NCBI GenBank assembly: GCA_021785355.1
Contig: JAJYFR010000001.1
Span: forward strand, 199,096-263,095
Length of the DNA: 64,000 bases
Source of the DNA: a bacterium
GTDB taxonomy: Bacteria; Patescibacteriota; Dojkabacteria; JAKAPS01; JAJZLI01
Direction of reading: 5' to 3'
The translations under genes and the position numbers were made by a program. Shown piece after piece: positions 19,896-31,214 of the stretch. Below the pieces are notes generated by a model. That model searched no databases. It had not been told where the DNA came from and worked only from the letters and a program-made list of their open reading frames with translations. Within the stretch, counting starts at the first letter, position 1, and each line of letters begins with the position of its first letter.

Positions 19896-21585
19896 GATAT
19901 TACCTCAAAATTTAGCAGATAAAATTGCTGCAGGTGAAGTTGTAGAAAGACCTGCATCTGTATTAAAAGAATTATTAGAAAACTCTATAGATGCGCATGC
20001 AAAAAATATTAAAGTATATATAGATAGATTAAATATAAGGGTGGATGATGATGGATTGGGTATGAATAAAGAAGAAATTCTTTTATCTGTTAAAAGATTT
20101 GCAACTTCAAAAATATTTAGTGAGAAAGATTTAGATAATATATCTACATTTGGTTTTAGAGGTGAAGCTCTCCCTTCTATTGCATCAGTATCTAGGCTTT
20201 CTATAGTATCTAAGACAGAAGGATTAGATTATGGATATAAAGTTGATATTGAAGGAGGTGAGATAAAAAGTATAGAAGAAAGTGCTTCTTTGAAAGGTAC
20301 AAGTATCAATGTAAGTGATATATTTTTCAATACACCTGCAAGATTAAAATTTTTAAAAAGTTTAGATACTGAATATAGATATATTGAAGAGATTTTTAAA
20401 TCAATTTCTCTTTCATATCCTAGTATACATTTTGAGTTCTATAAAAATTCTAAAAGAATATATAATTATATGTCTACAGATTTGTATAATAGATTTATAT
20501 CAATATTACCTAAGGGGGATAGAAATTTTTTTGATGTAGATGTTACTTTAAATGATATTTCTCTTAAAGGTTTTTTAGCTAAACCCTTATATACTAGATC
20601 TTCTAGAGATCTGCAATATATATTTGTTAATAATAGAGCTGTTAACTCAAATATTATATCAAAAGCTATAAATGAGGGATATTCTAATTTTATACCACAA
20701 GATAGATTTCCAATTTATACATTATTTATAAATATGCCTTCTTTCAAAGTTGATGTAAATGCTCATCCTAGAAAAATAGAAGTTAGATTTAAAAATACAA
20801 ATGAAATTTTCAGTCTAATTAGATCATCTGTAAACAAAATAGTTACAAATGAAAAATATTCTCAATTTAAACCTTCAGAGAATAATATACTTCAGATAAA
20901 TTCTACTTTAAAAAATTATTCATTTTCTACTCCCAATAATTCCTATTCTACTCAGAGGGTAAGTAATTATGAGAATAAATCTATTTTTTCATTAGACAAT
21001 ATAGAAACAATAAATGAGAATATTCCAGTTTTTCAAATATTTTCTAAATATATAATAACTGTTTTCGAAAATAAACTTCAGATTATAGATCAACATGCAG
21101 CTTCAGAAAGAGTAATGTATGAACAAATTATGAATGATATAAAATTAAATAAGATTGAATCTCAAAATTTTATTATTCCTTATGATATTGATTTAAATAA
21201 AAAAGATTTTGTATTAATATCGTCATTTATAGAGATATTAAAAGGATATGGTATAGAGATTGAAATATTTGGAGATAGTAGTATTAAGATATCATCTATC
21301 CCATTAGTGTTAATAAATTATGATATAGAAAAATTAATAAAAGATATATTAGCAGATTTAGAATATGCTGATGGTAAGAGTGAGAATATACTTTTAGATA
21401 AAATATCTGCTACTATAGCATGTCATTCAAGTATTAGATTTGGAGATTATCTTGATAATATAAAAATGCAAAAAATAATCATAGATTTGAGAAAGACAAA
21501 AAATCCATTTTTCTGTCCACATGGAAGACCTACTACTTTTGAGATGGAAGAATTGGAATTATTGAAAAAATTTTATCGTAAATAA
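19888..21585 (+). CDS. mutL: DNA mismatch repair protein MutL (endonuclease type)
   Basis: IAAGEVVERP, GFRGEAL, DQHAASERVMYE, ACH, CPHGRP. Confidence 0.97.
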   Translation: MIKILPQNLADKIAAGEVVERPASVLKELLENSIDAHAKNIKVYIDRLNIRVDDDGLGMNKEEILLSVKRFATSKIFSEKDLDNISTFGFRGEALPSIASVSRLSIVSKTEGLDYGYKVDIEGGEIKSIEESASLKGTSINVSDIFFNTPARLKFLKSLDTEYRYIEEIFKSISLSYPSIHFEFYKNSKRIYNYMSTDLYNRFISILPKGDRNFFDVDVTLNDISLKGFLAKPLYTRSSRDLQYIFVNNRAVNSNIISKAINEGYSNFIPQDRFPIYTLFINMPSFKVDVNAHPRKIEVRFKNTNEIFSLIRSSVNKIVTNEKYSQFKPSENNILQINSTLKNYSFSTPNNSYSTQRVSNYENKSIFSLDNIETINENIPVFQIFSKYIITVFENKLQIIDQHAASERVMYEQIMNDIKLNKIESQNFIIPYDIDLNKKDFVLISSFIEILKGYGIEIEIFGDSSIKISSIPLVLINYDIEKLIKDILADLEYADGKSENILLDKISATIACHSSIRFGDYLDNIKMQKIIIDLRKTKNPFFCPHGRPTTFEMEELELLKKFYRK

Positions 21586-21588
21586 AAT

Positions 21589-22221
21589 ATGATTACTAAA
21601 GCAATATTTTTTGATTTTGATAATACAATAGCTAATGATGCTCCTTTTATAATTGAATGTTTTGAGTATACATTTAATAAATTGGGTATAAAAAATAATT
21701 TAGATATAAATCTTTTTGGTCCAACTGAGTATTCTATATTTTCTAAATTATTAGATGATGAGAAAAAAATAAAAGAAGCTTTAGATGTATTCTCTGATTA
21801 TTATATAAAAAATTATAAAAAAGGTATCAGTATATTTCCTGGAATTAGAGAAGTTTTAGAAAGATTAAAACAAGATTTTAAATTATCTCTTATAACAAAT
21901 TCATATAAATATAGATTGAAAAATATATTACCAGATGCCTATGATTTTTTTGATTCTATTGTTACAGTAGATGATGTTGAAAGAAAAAAACCTGATCCAG
22001 AAGGTGTGTGGAAATCATTAAAAGAATTAAATCTTAATAAAGAAAATATTGTTTATGTAGGAGATTCTTTAGATGATCTGTTGGTATGTAAATTATTAGA
22101 AATTAAATTTATAAGAGTTTTATGGGGAGATAAATTTTCATTTGAGTCTACAGATTTCAGTTATGTGGATGTTGAAAGTCCTGAAGAACTTTTGGATATT
22201 ATTTATAAAAAATTATCCTAA
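21589..22221 (+). CDS. HAD-family phosphatase (Gph/PpaX-like)
   Basis: FDFDNT, ITN, KPDPEG, VGDSLDD. Confidence 0.85.
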   Translation: MITKAIFFDFDNTIANDAPFIIECFEYTFNKLGIKNNLDINLFGPTEYSIFSKLLDDEKKIKEALDVFSDYYIKNYKKGISIFPGIREVLERLKQDFKLSLITNSYKYRLKNILPDAYDFFDSIVTVDDVERKKPDPEGVWKSLKELNLNKENIVYVGDSLDDLLVCKLLEIKFIRVLWGDKFSFESTDFSYVDVESPEELLDIIYKKLS

Positions 22222-25050
22222 ATGTTTTTTAAGATATTTACCAGTGTAGCTATTTTTGCACTTTATAATATCATCTCTTGTTCCTTCAAAAATAACTTCT
22301 CCTCCCATATATCCCCCTTCTTTTCCTAAATCTATTATCCAATCTGCCATTTTTATAACATCCATATTGTGTTCTATTATTATTACAGAATTTTTCTGAT
22401 CTATTAAATCGTTTAATACTTTCATTAGTTTTTTTATATCATCAAAGTGTAATCCTGTTGTAGGCTCATCTAATATATAAAGTGTTTTTCCCGTAGATCT
22501 TCTAGAGAGTTCTGATGCAAGTTTAATTCTCTGAGATTCTCCTCCTGAAAGAGTAGTAGCACTTTGGCCTAATTTTATATATCCTAATCCTACATCTTTT
22601 AATGTTTTTAACTTTGTTGTTATTAATGATATATTTTCAAAAAATTTAAGTGCTTCTTCAATATTCATGTCAAGAATTTCAGAGATATTCTTATCTTTAT
22701 ATTTTATTTCTAATGCTTCTTTATTATATCTTTTTCCTTTACATTCATCACATACAACATAGACATCTGGTAGAAATTGCATTTCAATTTTAATAATTCC
22801 ATCTCCTTTACAATTTTCACATCGTCCACCTTTAACATTAAAACTAAATCTACCAGATTTATAACCTTTCATTTTAGCTTCTCTACTATTTGCAAAAAGG
22901 TCTCTAATGTACGTAAATGCACCTGTATATGTTGCGGGATTTGATCTAGGTGTTTTTCCTATAGGAGATTGATCTATATCTATAACTTTATTAATATTCT
23001 CTACTCCTTCAATTGATTTATATTCTCCTATATGTTTTTTAGTTTTATATAAATAATTAGATAAAAAAGGATATAAAATATCATTTATTAAAGTACTTTT
23101 TCCAGAACCTGATACTCCTGTTATTACAACGAGTTCTTCTAGGGGTATTTTAACATTAATATTTTTTAAATTATGTTCCTTTGCTCCTATAATTTGAATT
23201 TCTTTGTGTGAAGATCTAATCTTTTTAGGTACACTGATTACTTCTTTTTTTGATAAATATCTCCCTGTTATAGATTCTTTATTATTTTTTATATCTTCAA
23301 AACTTCCTTGAGCAATCACCTCACCTCCATACTCTCCTGCACCTTTTCCGATATCAATTATTTGATCTGCATTTTCCATTGTTTCTTCATCATGTTCAAC
23401 TACTATTACTGTATTACCTAAATCTCTTAAGTTTTTTAGAGTTTCTATTAATTTAACATTGTCTCTTTGATGTAGACCAATAGATGGCTCATCTAATACA
23501 TAAAGTATACCTGAAAGTTTAGATCCTATTTGAGAAGCAAGTCTTATTCTTTGAGCCTCACCCCCTGCGAGAGTTTTAGATGCTCTATCTAGCGTTAGAT
23601 ACCAAACTCCTACTGCATCTAAAAATTTTACTCTACTCTCAATTTCTTGAAAAATTTGTTTTGAAATCAAGGTATCATTTGTACTTATATCTTTTTTTAT
23701 TTTTTCTATCCAATCTATAAACTCATTGATATGTATTGAACTAACTTCATTTATACTTTTATTGTCTATTTTTACTGAACGAGCTATTTTGTTTAGTTTT
23801 GTGCCTTCACATACAGGACATATAACTTCTTCCATATATTTTGCTATTTCTTTTCTCGTATTTTCAGTTCCATTTTCATATTTTTCTAAAAGATAAGGTA
23901 TTATTCCTGCGAATGAAACTGTATATTTTTTAATACTTCTCATACGAGGTTTATACATTATTTCAAAGGATTCACCCTTTACTCCATTCATTAATATATC
24001 CAATTGTTTTTCTGTATATTTTGAAAAAGGAATATTAAGAGGTATATTATTTTTTCTGGATACTTCTTCTATTATTTTTATGATCCAAGAAGATTTATAA
24101 TGGGTTATTTCATTTGATAATGGGTATACCGCACCTTCCATAAATGTCAGATTTTTATTATATATTGATTCTTTTGGTATTGTTTGTAAGATTCCTAATC
24201 CTGTGCAATTACTACATGCACCATAAGGAGAGTTAAAAGAGAAAGTATTAGGTTGAATTTCAGGTATAGATGTATGACAATTTGGACAAGATAAATTCTC
24301 TGAAAAGAGCATATCTTTTTTTTCATCTAGTAGGTGTATTACAACTTCTCCTTCAGAAAGAGAAATAGCTTTTTCAATAGATTCATATACTCTACTCTCT
24401 TCCTCTTTTAAATCATTAATTATTAATCTATCTATTACTATATCTATATTATGAATTTTGTATTTAGAGATCTTTATTTCATCATCTAATGAATAAAAAA
24501 CATTATCTATTCTTACTCTTGTATATCCTTTAGAAAAGAAATTTTCTAATATATCTAAAAATTCACCTTTCTTATTTCGTATTATAGGAGATAAAATCAT
24601 AATTTTTTTATTTTTGATTTTTATAACCTCATTATTTATCTGTTCTATAGTTTGACTTTCTATTTTTGTATTACATACAGGGCAGTAAGGAACTCCTATT
24701 TTTGCATAAAGTAACCTTAAATAGTCATATATCTCTGTCGTTGTACCTACTGTTGAACGAGGATTTCTGCTTGCAGTTTTTTGATCTATAGATATTGCAG
24801 GAGAAAGTCCGTCAATATGTTCTACATCAGGTTTTTTCATAACACCCAAGAATTGTCTGGCATAAGAGGATAAAGATTCTACATATCTCCTTTGTCCTTC
24901 AGCATATATAGTGTCAAAAGCTAATGATGATTTTCCAGACCCAGAGACACCTGTTATTACAACAAGTTTATTTTTAGGAATTTCGATATCGATATTTTTT
25001 AAATTATTCTCCTTCGCTCCTTTTATTATAATTTTAGAGTTATTAAACAT
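22213..25050 (-). CDS. uvrA: Excinuclease ABC subunit A
   Basis: Two GVSGSGKS P-loops, zinc fingers, [24 protein letters not shown]. Confidence 0.98.
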   Translation of the reverse strand: MFNNSKIIIKGAKENNLKNIDIEIPKNKLVVITGVSGSGKSSLAFDTIYAEGQRRYVESLSSYARQFLGVMKKPDVEHIDGLSPAISIDQKTASRNPRSTVGTTTEIYDYLRLLYAKIGVPYCPVCNTKIESQTIEQINNEVIKIKNKKIMILSPIIRNKKGEFLDILENFFSKGYTRVRIDNVFYSLDDEIKISKYKIHNIDIVIDRLIINDLKEEESRVYESIEKAISLSEGEVVIHLLDEKKDMLFSENLSCPNCHTSIPEIQPNTFSFNSPYGACSNCTGLGILQTIPKESIYNKNLTFMEGAVYPLSNEITHYKSSWIIKIIEEVSRKNNIPLNIPFSKYTEKQLDILMNGVKGESFEIMYKPRMRSIKKYTVSFAGIIPYLLEKYENGTENTRKEIAKYMEEVICPVCEGTKLNKIARSVKIDNKSINEVSSIHINEFIDWIEKIKKDISTNDTLISKQIFQEIESRVKFLDAVGVWYLTLDRASKTLAGGEAQRIRLASQIGSKLSGILYVLDEPSIGLHQRDNVKLIETLKNLRDLGNTVIVVEHDEETMENADQIIDIGKGAGEYGGEVIAQGSFEDIKNNKESITGRYLSKKEVISVPKKIRSSHKEIQIIGAKEHNLKNINVKIPLEELVVITGVSGSGKSTLINDILYPFLSNYLYKTKKHIGEYKSIEGVENINKVIDIDQSPIGKTPRSNPATYTGAFTYIRDLFANSREAKMKGYKSGRFSFNVKGGRCENCKGDGIIKIEMQFLPDVYVVCDECKGKRYNKEALEIKYKDKNISEILDMNIEEALKFFENISLITTKLKTLKDVGLGYIKLGQSATTLSGGESQRIKLASELSRRSTGKTLYILDEPTTGLHFDDIKKLMKVLNDLIDQKNSVIIIEHNMDVIKMADWIIDLGKEGGYMGGEVIFEGTRDDIIKCKNSYTGKYLKKHLG

Positions 25051-25078
25051 TGGTCTTTTATTTTACCATAGTATGTAA

Positions 25079-26215
25079 CTAATTGGATAGCCAGTACATT
25101 TTAGAAGTACTATCTATACTACTATTTGAAGTTATTTGAATTAGTTTTCCTGTGCTAAGTTTATTTTTCTTTATTATTATATTTTTCAAGAAAATATCAA
25201 ATGAATTATTATTAAAATAACTGAAAGCTATTGAATTTCCAGAAGGACTCCATACAGGTTCACTGGTAATACCATTTTGTACCAAAATTTTATTATTATA
25301 TGTATTAAAATTAGAATTTTCAGTATGAGTTAAGATATTATTTAAATTGAATTTCATAAGATATAAATAGTTACTGTTATTCCCTACTCTTTTTGTAAAT
25401 GCTAAATAATTTTCATTAGGAGATAGGCGTGGTTGCATAGCATCTGAAGAAACAGGTGTTACTGGATAAGATTGTTGTGTATTGAAATCATATAACATTA
25501 TTTGGGAATTAGGTTGTGGCGTATTTGTATAATAAATATATGAAGTATAAAGCAAAAAGTTATTATTAGGCCAATTTAAACCTGCATCTCCTCCTGTATA
25601 GGGATTAGCTTTTATAAGAAGAGTTTCATTGTATAACTGAGAGCCATATGTTGGAAATACTGCATTAGAAGGAATCATCCATACACCTAAACTTGCAATA
25701 GGTACTCCTGTTAATAGATCTTCTATGTTACTAAGATATGCTATATATTGTCCATCAGGAGAGAAAGTAGGAGTTGCTGACCATGCATTGTTTGCAATAT
25801 TAGGATTACTCCATTGAGTAATTCTTCTGTTATTGGTTCCGTTGATATTCATTTCATGTAAATTGGAGTAATTAGTATGAAAAGTGACATAACTGACCTT
25901 TACCCCATTCTTTGAAATAGCAATATCAGATACATTATTTGTATTTGTAACTTTATGTGCTTTTATTCCTTTTATATACCAAAGATTATTATTTTTTACG
26001 AAATACAAACTACCTTTTATAGGGTATATATTTTCAGTATTAACATTTTTAGAAATACTCTGTCCAATATTTTTAGGATTAAGGATATTTAGAATAATAT
26101 TTTCATACTTAATGAAGATCCCTAGTAATATTACTAATATTAGTGCTACTAATAATCCCCATGAATATCTTTTCTTTTTTACTTCTTTTGTTTTATTTTG
26201 TATATTAAAGTCCAT
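25079..26215 (-). CDS. Membrane-anchored TolB/PD40-like beta-propeller protein
   Basis: N-terminal TM; repeats PTFSPDGQYIAY, PRLSPNENYLAF, PVWSPSGNSIAF. Confidence 0.8.
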   Translation of the reverse strand: MDFNIQNKTKEVKKKRYSWGLLVALILVILLGIFIKYENIILNILNPKNIGQSISKNVNTENIYPIKGSLYFVKNNNLWYIKGIKAHKVTNTNNVSDIAISKNGVKVSYVTFHTNYSNLHEMNINGTNNRRITQWSNPNIANNAWSATPTFSPDGQYIAYLSNIEDLLTGVPIASLGVWMIPSNAVFPTYGSQLYNETLLIKANPYTGGDAGLNWPNNNFLLYTSYIYYTNTPQPNSQIMLYDFNTQQSYPVTPVSSDAMQPRLSPNENYLAFTKRVGNNSNYLYLMKFNLNNILTHTENSNFNTYNNKILVQNGITSEPVWSPSGNSIAFSYFNNNSFDIFLKNIIIKKNKLSTGKLIQITSNSSIDSTSKMYWLSN

Positions 26216-27231
26216 TAGTTTCCATATAATTTCTGAAATAAAGCATGTATTTTAGTCCAATTAGGTAAAACTACATCTTGTCCATCAATTAGATAGTTTG
26301 GTATAGATGAATAATGAGGAGGTGAGAGCACTATTGACGTTATAGGTGTATTTTTCATTGCAATTGCAGTTTGAGCAAAGGATAAAACTTCAGGTATGCT
26401 CATATCTGTTTTTACAATTTTACTTAGATTATTAAATAAAGATGGTATTTCTGATAATGTAGATACATTATCTAATTTATTTTTAATGATTCTTAAAACT
26501 TGTTGTTGTCTTTTAGATCTCCCAAAATCTCCTTGTAAATCTCCATGTCTAGATCGTACATACTCTAATGCTTTTGATCCTGTCATATATTGAGGTGCTC
26601 CTGAGATATATAAATTAATGGCATTATATAATAATTTAGGATTTCCAGTGATATCATTAGGATAACTCCAATCCAATACTGGATGAGTTGGTACTACATT
26701 TACACCACCAAATGTATTAATTAATTTTACAAAACCACTCAGACCTACCCATGCATAATAATCAATTTTTATTCCAAAATAACTTTCAACTAGCTGTCTT
26801 GTTAAACCAAATCCTCCAGTTAAAGATGCTTGATCAAATTTCCCATATCCTACTCCTGGAATTTTGACCCAAAAATCTCTAGGTATAGAGATCATATAAA
26901 TCTTCTTTTGATAAGGATTTATACTAATTATCATTATAGTCTGTGTTAGTACAGGTTGACCTGCAAATTTAGGGTCAGTATCAGATCCTAGTAATAGTAT
27001 ATTTGTAAATTTATTAGAATTATCATATTTATAATGAATAGTTGTCTCAGTCTTAGTTCTTTTTATTTTATTTCCAGTAATTTTAAAAATATCATATGCT
27101 ACAGATAGATAACCTGTTTTTATTATTAAGAATATAAATAATGCTATTAATATAACAAATGTTATGAGGACAGTTTTTAGTTTTTTATGTTTTTTGGGTA
27201 ACTTTTTTTGTTCTTCAAAATTTATAATCAT
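26215..27231 (-). CDS. LytR-CpsA-Psr (LCP) family protein
   Basis: TM, NILLLGSD, SIPRD, ALEYVRSRH, DFGRSKRQQQV. Confidence 0.9.
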   Translation of the reverse strand: MIINFEEQKKLPKKHKKLKTVLITFVILIALFIFLIIKTGYLSVAYDIFKITGNKIKRTKTETTIHYKYDNSNKFTNILLLGSDTDPKFAGQPVLTQTIMIISINPYQKKIYMISIPRDFWVKIPGVGYGKFDQASLTGGFGLTRQLVESYFGIKIDYYAWVGLSGFVKLINTFGGVNVVPTHPVLDWSYPNDITGNPKLLYNAINLYISGAPQYMTGSKALEYVRSRHGDLQGDFGRSKRQQQVLRIIKNKLDNVSTLSEIPSLFNNLSKIVKTDMSIPEVLSFAQTAIAMKNTPITSIVLSPPHYSSIPNYLIDGQDVVLPNWTKIHALFQKLYGN

Positions 27232-27269
27232 ATATATTTGTATATTAATTTCAAATTGTTAATATTTTA

Positions 27270-29261
27270 TTAAGAAATTAGTTTTAATTCTTTTATTTGG
27301 TCTCTGAGTTTGGCTGCCTTTTCAAATTGCATTTTTTTAGCATACTCATTCATTTGTTTTGTTAAATTTTTTATAAGTTCTTTTGTATCAGATATTTCAT
27401 TTATATTCAAATTTTCATTGTCTTTTTTAATTCTTTCTATTTGTGTATCTATACTTTTCTTTATTCCTATAGGAGAGACGTTATGTTTTATATTATAGTT
27501 TAATTGTATTTGTCTTCTTCTATTAGTCTCTTCAATTGCATTTTTCATAGATTCCGTTATTTTTTCTGCATACATTATAACTCTACCATTCTGATGTCTA
27601 GCAGCTCTTCCAATTATTTGTATAAAAGCTTGTTTAGAACGCAAAAACCCTTCTTTGTCAGCATCTACTATTAATATTAATGAAACTTCTGGGAGATCTA
27701 AACCTTCTCTTAAAAGGTTTATTCCTATTATCACATCATAATTACCAAGCCTTAAATCTCTTAAGATTTCTGTTCTTTCTATTGTTTTTATATCACTATG
27801 GATATATTGAGAATTAAATCCTTGCTCGATCATATATTTATTTAATTCTTCAGACATTTTTTTTGTTAAAGTAATTATTATAGTTCTCTCATTCTTTTTT
27901 ACTCTTTTTAGAACTTCTTTTTTTATATCTTCTATTTGTCCTTCTGTTTTTCTTACCTCTATTTCTGGATCTAATAATTTTGTAGGCCTTATTATTTGTT
28001 CTACAATTCCATTCTCAGGATAATTATCTAAACCTTTTGTACTTTCTTTTGATATTTCTATTTCATATTCATTTGGAGTTGCAGAAACATACATTACAGT
28101 ATTTATTTTTTTTCTAAATTCTTCGAAATTGAGAGGTCTATTATCAATTGCAGAAGGTAATCTAAAACCATAATCCACTAAAGTTTTCTTTCTTTGAAAA
28201 TCTCCTCTATGCATTCCTCTTATTTGAGGGAGAGTGATATGACTTTCATCTATTATTAAAAGATAGTCTTTTGGAAAAAAATCCATTAGAGTAAAAGGAG
28301 CTGAGCCTTTTGCTCTCCCTTCAATATGTCTTGAATAATTTTCTATTCCCTGACAATATCCTACTTCTTGTATCATTTCTATATCAAATCTAACTTTCTG
28401 TTCTAATCTTTTTGCTTCAACTAACATATCCATTTTTCTGAAGTAGTCTAATCTTTCTTTGAGTTCTTCTTCTATAGCATTAATTGCAATATTCAATTTT
28501 TCTTGTTTTACAATATAGTGTTTTGCTGGGAATATATATACATCTGATCTCTCTTCTCCCCTATTTCTTGTAAAAGGATTTATTATTCTTATTTTCTCTA
28601 TTATATCTCCAAAAAACTCTATTCTAATAACATCATCTTCGTATTGAGGAAATATTTCTATTATATCTCCTTTAACGCTGAATGTACCTCTTTTATATTC
28701 AAAATCATTTCTCTCATATTGTATTTGTAATAGTGAATCTATAAGAGTATTCCTTTTTATATTAGTATTAAGAGAAATTTTTATAGCTAATTCTTCATAT
28801 TCACTAGGATCTCCTAATCCATATATACATGAAACAGACGCAACAATTATCACATCATTTCTTGTTAGAAGGTATTGAGTTGCTTTATTTCTATATTGTT
28901 CTATTTCTTCGTTGATTTGTGTTTCCTTCTCTATATACAAATCTCTTGTAGGTATATATGCCTCAGGTTGGTAGTAATCATAGTATGATACAAAATATGC
29001 AACTAAATTATTAGGAAAGAAATTTCTAAACTCAGAAGCTAATTGAGCTGCTAAAGTTTTATTGTGTGCAATAACTAGAGTGGGTTTATTTATGTTTTGT
29101 ATTATATTAGACATTACAAATGTCTTTCCCGAACCTGTAACTCCCATTAATGTTTGGTTCTTTGCTCCACTTCTAATACCATTAAGGAGATATTCTATTG
29201 CTTTTGGCTGATCTCCTTCTGGTTTAAAATCTGATATTAGTTCAAATTTATTTTTATCCAT
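27270..29261 (-). CDS. uvrB: Excinuclease ABC subunit B
   Basis: GVTGSGKT, SYYDYYQPEAY, DESH, QIIGRAAR, C-terminal UVR motif FEKAAKLRD. Confidence 0.98.
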   Translation of the reverse strand: MDKNKFELISDFKPEGDQPKAIEYLLNGIRSGAKNQTLMGVTGSGKTFVMSNIIQNINKPTLVIAHNKTLAAQLASEFRNFFPNNLVAYFVSYYDYYQPEAYIPTRDLYIEKETQINEEIEQYRNKATQYLLTRNDVIIVASVSCIYGLGDPSEYEELAIKISLNTNIKRNTLIDSLLQIQYERNDFEYKRGTFSVKGDIIEIFPQYEDDVIRIEFFGDIIEKIRIINPFTRNRGEERSDVYIFPAKHYIVKQEKLNIAINAIEEELKERLDYFRKMDMLVEAKRLEQKVRFDIEMIQEVGYCQGIENYSRHIEGRAKGSAPFTLMDFFPKDYLLIIDESHITLPQIRGMHRGDFQRKKTLVDYGFRLPSAIDNRPLNFEEFRKKINTVMYVSATPNEYEIEISKESTKGLDNYPENGIVEQIIRPTKLLDPEIEVRKTEGQIEDIKKEVLKRVKKNERTIIITLTKKMSEELNKYMIEQGFNSQYIHSDIKTIERTEILRDLRLGNYDVIIGINLLREGLDLPEVSLILIVDADKEGFLRSKQAFIQIIGRAARHQNGRVIMYAEKITESMKNAIEETNRRRQIQLNYNIKHNVSPIGIKKSIDTQIERIKKDNENLNINEISDTKELIKNLTKQMNEYAKKMQFEKAAKLRDQIKELKLIS

Positions 29262-29347
29262 TCTTATTATTTTAACATAATCTATTATATTTATTTGACA
29301 TTAAATTGAAATTTATATACCATAATCCTATATATTATATAAATTTT

Positions 29348-30400
29348 ATGGCTAAAATAAAAAAAGAGAAAAAATTAACAGAAAAATCTGTTCCCCAAAA
29401 AAGTAAGGTAGTGTCTACTTCTACAACAGAAGTGTTATCAGAAGAAGAGTCTAAATCTTCAGTATTTAAAGATTTATATTCAAAATCTGCTTTTGCAGAT
29501 GAATCTAAGAGATCTAGCGTTATAGCATCTTTTGTAGTTCTAATAATATTCATATTGTTTATAGCAGGTCTTTTTTCTACTTATACATTTGGAGCAAATA
29601 TTCCTGGATTTTCTAATTTAATTGATAGAATTCCTGTACTAAAAAGTTTAGATAGATCTCCTCAAAATATTTTACCTAAAACTTTTGCTGCAGATCAAGG
29701 AATAAATTCTTATAATTATAATGTTGATTTTGCTCTTCAATCAAGTGGTGCAAGTGGTGGAAGTATTACTCAACAATTCTCAGGAAATATAAATTTTAAG
29801 AATCCAAAAAATGTATTATCATCATCTACAATTTTTGAAAAATTTTCTTCTGCAAGTTCATCCTCTACTTCATCTTTAGTTATAGATGGTAAATTTATAC
29901 AGAACAGTAATAAATTTTTTATTAATTTTTCTAAATTTCCTTCAGCACTAAATTCTGGAATTAAGACTAATAAATGGATACTTTTACCAAATCTAGAATT
30001 TAGTTTTCTTTCTAAATTAGATAATCAACCTAATATTAATTATTCTAATTTAGATGCATATTCTTTAGGGAATTCTGTAGTAAATGGTACAGTAGTTACT
30101 CATTATGTAGTTATATTTCCAAAATCTGATTTCTCGAAGTTAAATTTATTAACATTAATGAAATCTGTATTCGGAAATTCAACAGTTACATCAAAGAGTA
30201 TAAGATTAGATGAATGGGTTGGTGTAGCTGATAATAAGGTATACCAAGAATCTATTAGTTTTAATGCTAGTGTATCTGGTGCTCCAGCTAAGGTTTATTT
30301 TGAAGCTAATATGACTAGTTTTAATACTAATTTTACTGTTAATACTCCTTCTAGTTATACTAATCTTCAAGGAAAAACAGTAAGTAGTAAGAAAAAATAA
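29348..30400 (+). CDS. Hypothetical membrane-anchored protein (possible LolA/LppX-like beta fold)
   Basis: Long ORF; TM near residues 55-80; Ser/Asn-rich beta-type ectodomain; ATG 29348 preferred over TTG 29306. Confidence 0.6.
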   Translation: MAKIKKEKKLTEKSVPQKSKVVSTSTTEVLSEEESKSSVFKDLYSKSAFADESKRSSVIASFVVLIIFILFIAGLFSTYTFGANIPGFSNLIDRIPVLKSLDRSPQNILPKTFAADQGINSYNYNVDFALQSSGASGGSITQQFSGNINFKNPKNVLSSSTIFEKFSSASSSSTSSLVIDGKFIQNSNKFFINFSKFPSALNSGIKTNKWILLPNLEFSFLSKLDNQPNINYSNLDAYSLGNSVVNGTVVTHYVVIFPKSDFSKLNLLTLMKSVFGNSTVTSKSIRLDEWVGVADNKVYQESISFNASVSGAPAKVYFEANMTSFNTNFTVNTPSSYTNLQGKTVSSKKK

Positions 30401-30927
30401 TGAAAAAAAATAATTCTATATTTTTTTTGATAATAATATTTTATTTCTTTATAGTTGTATTTTTCTTTTTTTATTTTTTTCTAGGAAAAGCTCCTGTACG
30501 CCCTGTTAAGGTATATAATGTTACAGTACCTATGACTTCTGTTAATAATACCTACTCTATATCTTTAGATGAGCAAATAAAAGCTAATTTAGAGACATTT
30601 AAAACAGCTTTTTTCAATACACCTGGATATAGTAAAATAAAGGTGCAGAGTGTTTCAAAATTTGTTAATGTAAATATTAATTCTGTCAAAGGTACTTCTC
30701 CTTATTGTTCACCTTTAATATCTTCAAGTACTACTGAGTGTACTAGTATTCAGAGTATTTATTCATTAATATCCTCTCATATAAATAAAATATCTTTAGA
30801 TATGTTACCTCCTCATAATATAGCTCATTATTATATTTTTAAGTATAATAATAACTATTATTTTTTAGACAGTAGTTATAGAAAAACTATATATAATAAA
30901 GGTTTTTCTTTATATTGGATTAAATAA
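30400..30927 (+). CDS. Hypothetical membrane-anchored protein
   Basis: N-terminal TM, two Cys; 1-bp overlap with the upstream stop. Confidence 0.6.
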   Translation: MKKNNSIFFLIIIFYFFIVVFFFFYFFLGKAPVRPVKVYNVTVPMTSVNNTYSISLDEQIKANLETFKTAFFNTPGYSKIKVQSVSKFVNVNINSVKGTSPYCSPLISSSTTECTSIQSIYSLISSHINKISLDMLPPHNIAHYYIFKYNNNYYFLDSSYRKTIYNKGFSLYWIK

Positions 30928-30977
30928 TTGATTTAAGACACTCTTTTGTGTAATAATTCTATATTCTTTTATATTAA

Positions 30978-31054
30978 GGTTGTGTGGTGTAGTGGTCCAA
31001 CATGTCTCCCTGTCACGGAGAAGATCGACGGTTCGAATCCGTTCACAACCGCCA
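30978..31054 (+). tRNA. tRNA-Asp(GTC) with CCA
   Basis: GGTTGTG...CACAACC-G-CCA, loop CT-GTC-AC, GTTCGAATC. Confidence 0.95.
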
Positions 31055-31214
31055 TTCTAAACTAGTATTTTTTTAACATAAAAATATATTTGTTAAATCT
31101 CTTAAAACGTTATTATTACGATAAATATCCATATACTAAGAGAGTTATATTCGCTATTGCAATGTCCTATAAAAAGAGTATACTGGATATAATATTTTAT
31201 AACAATTTAATTAA

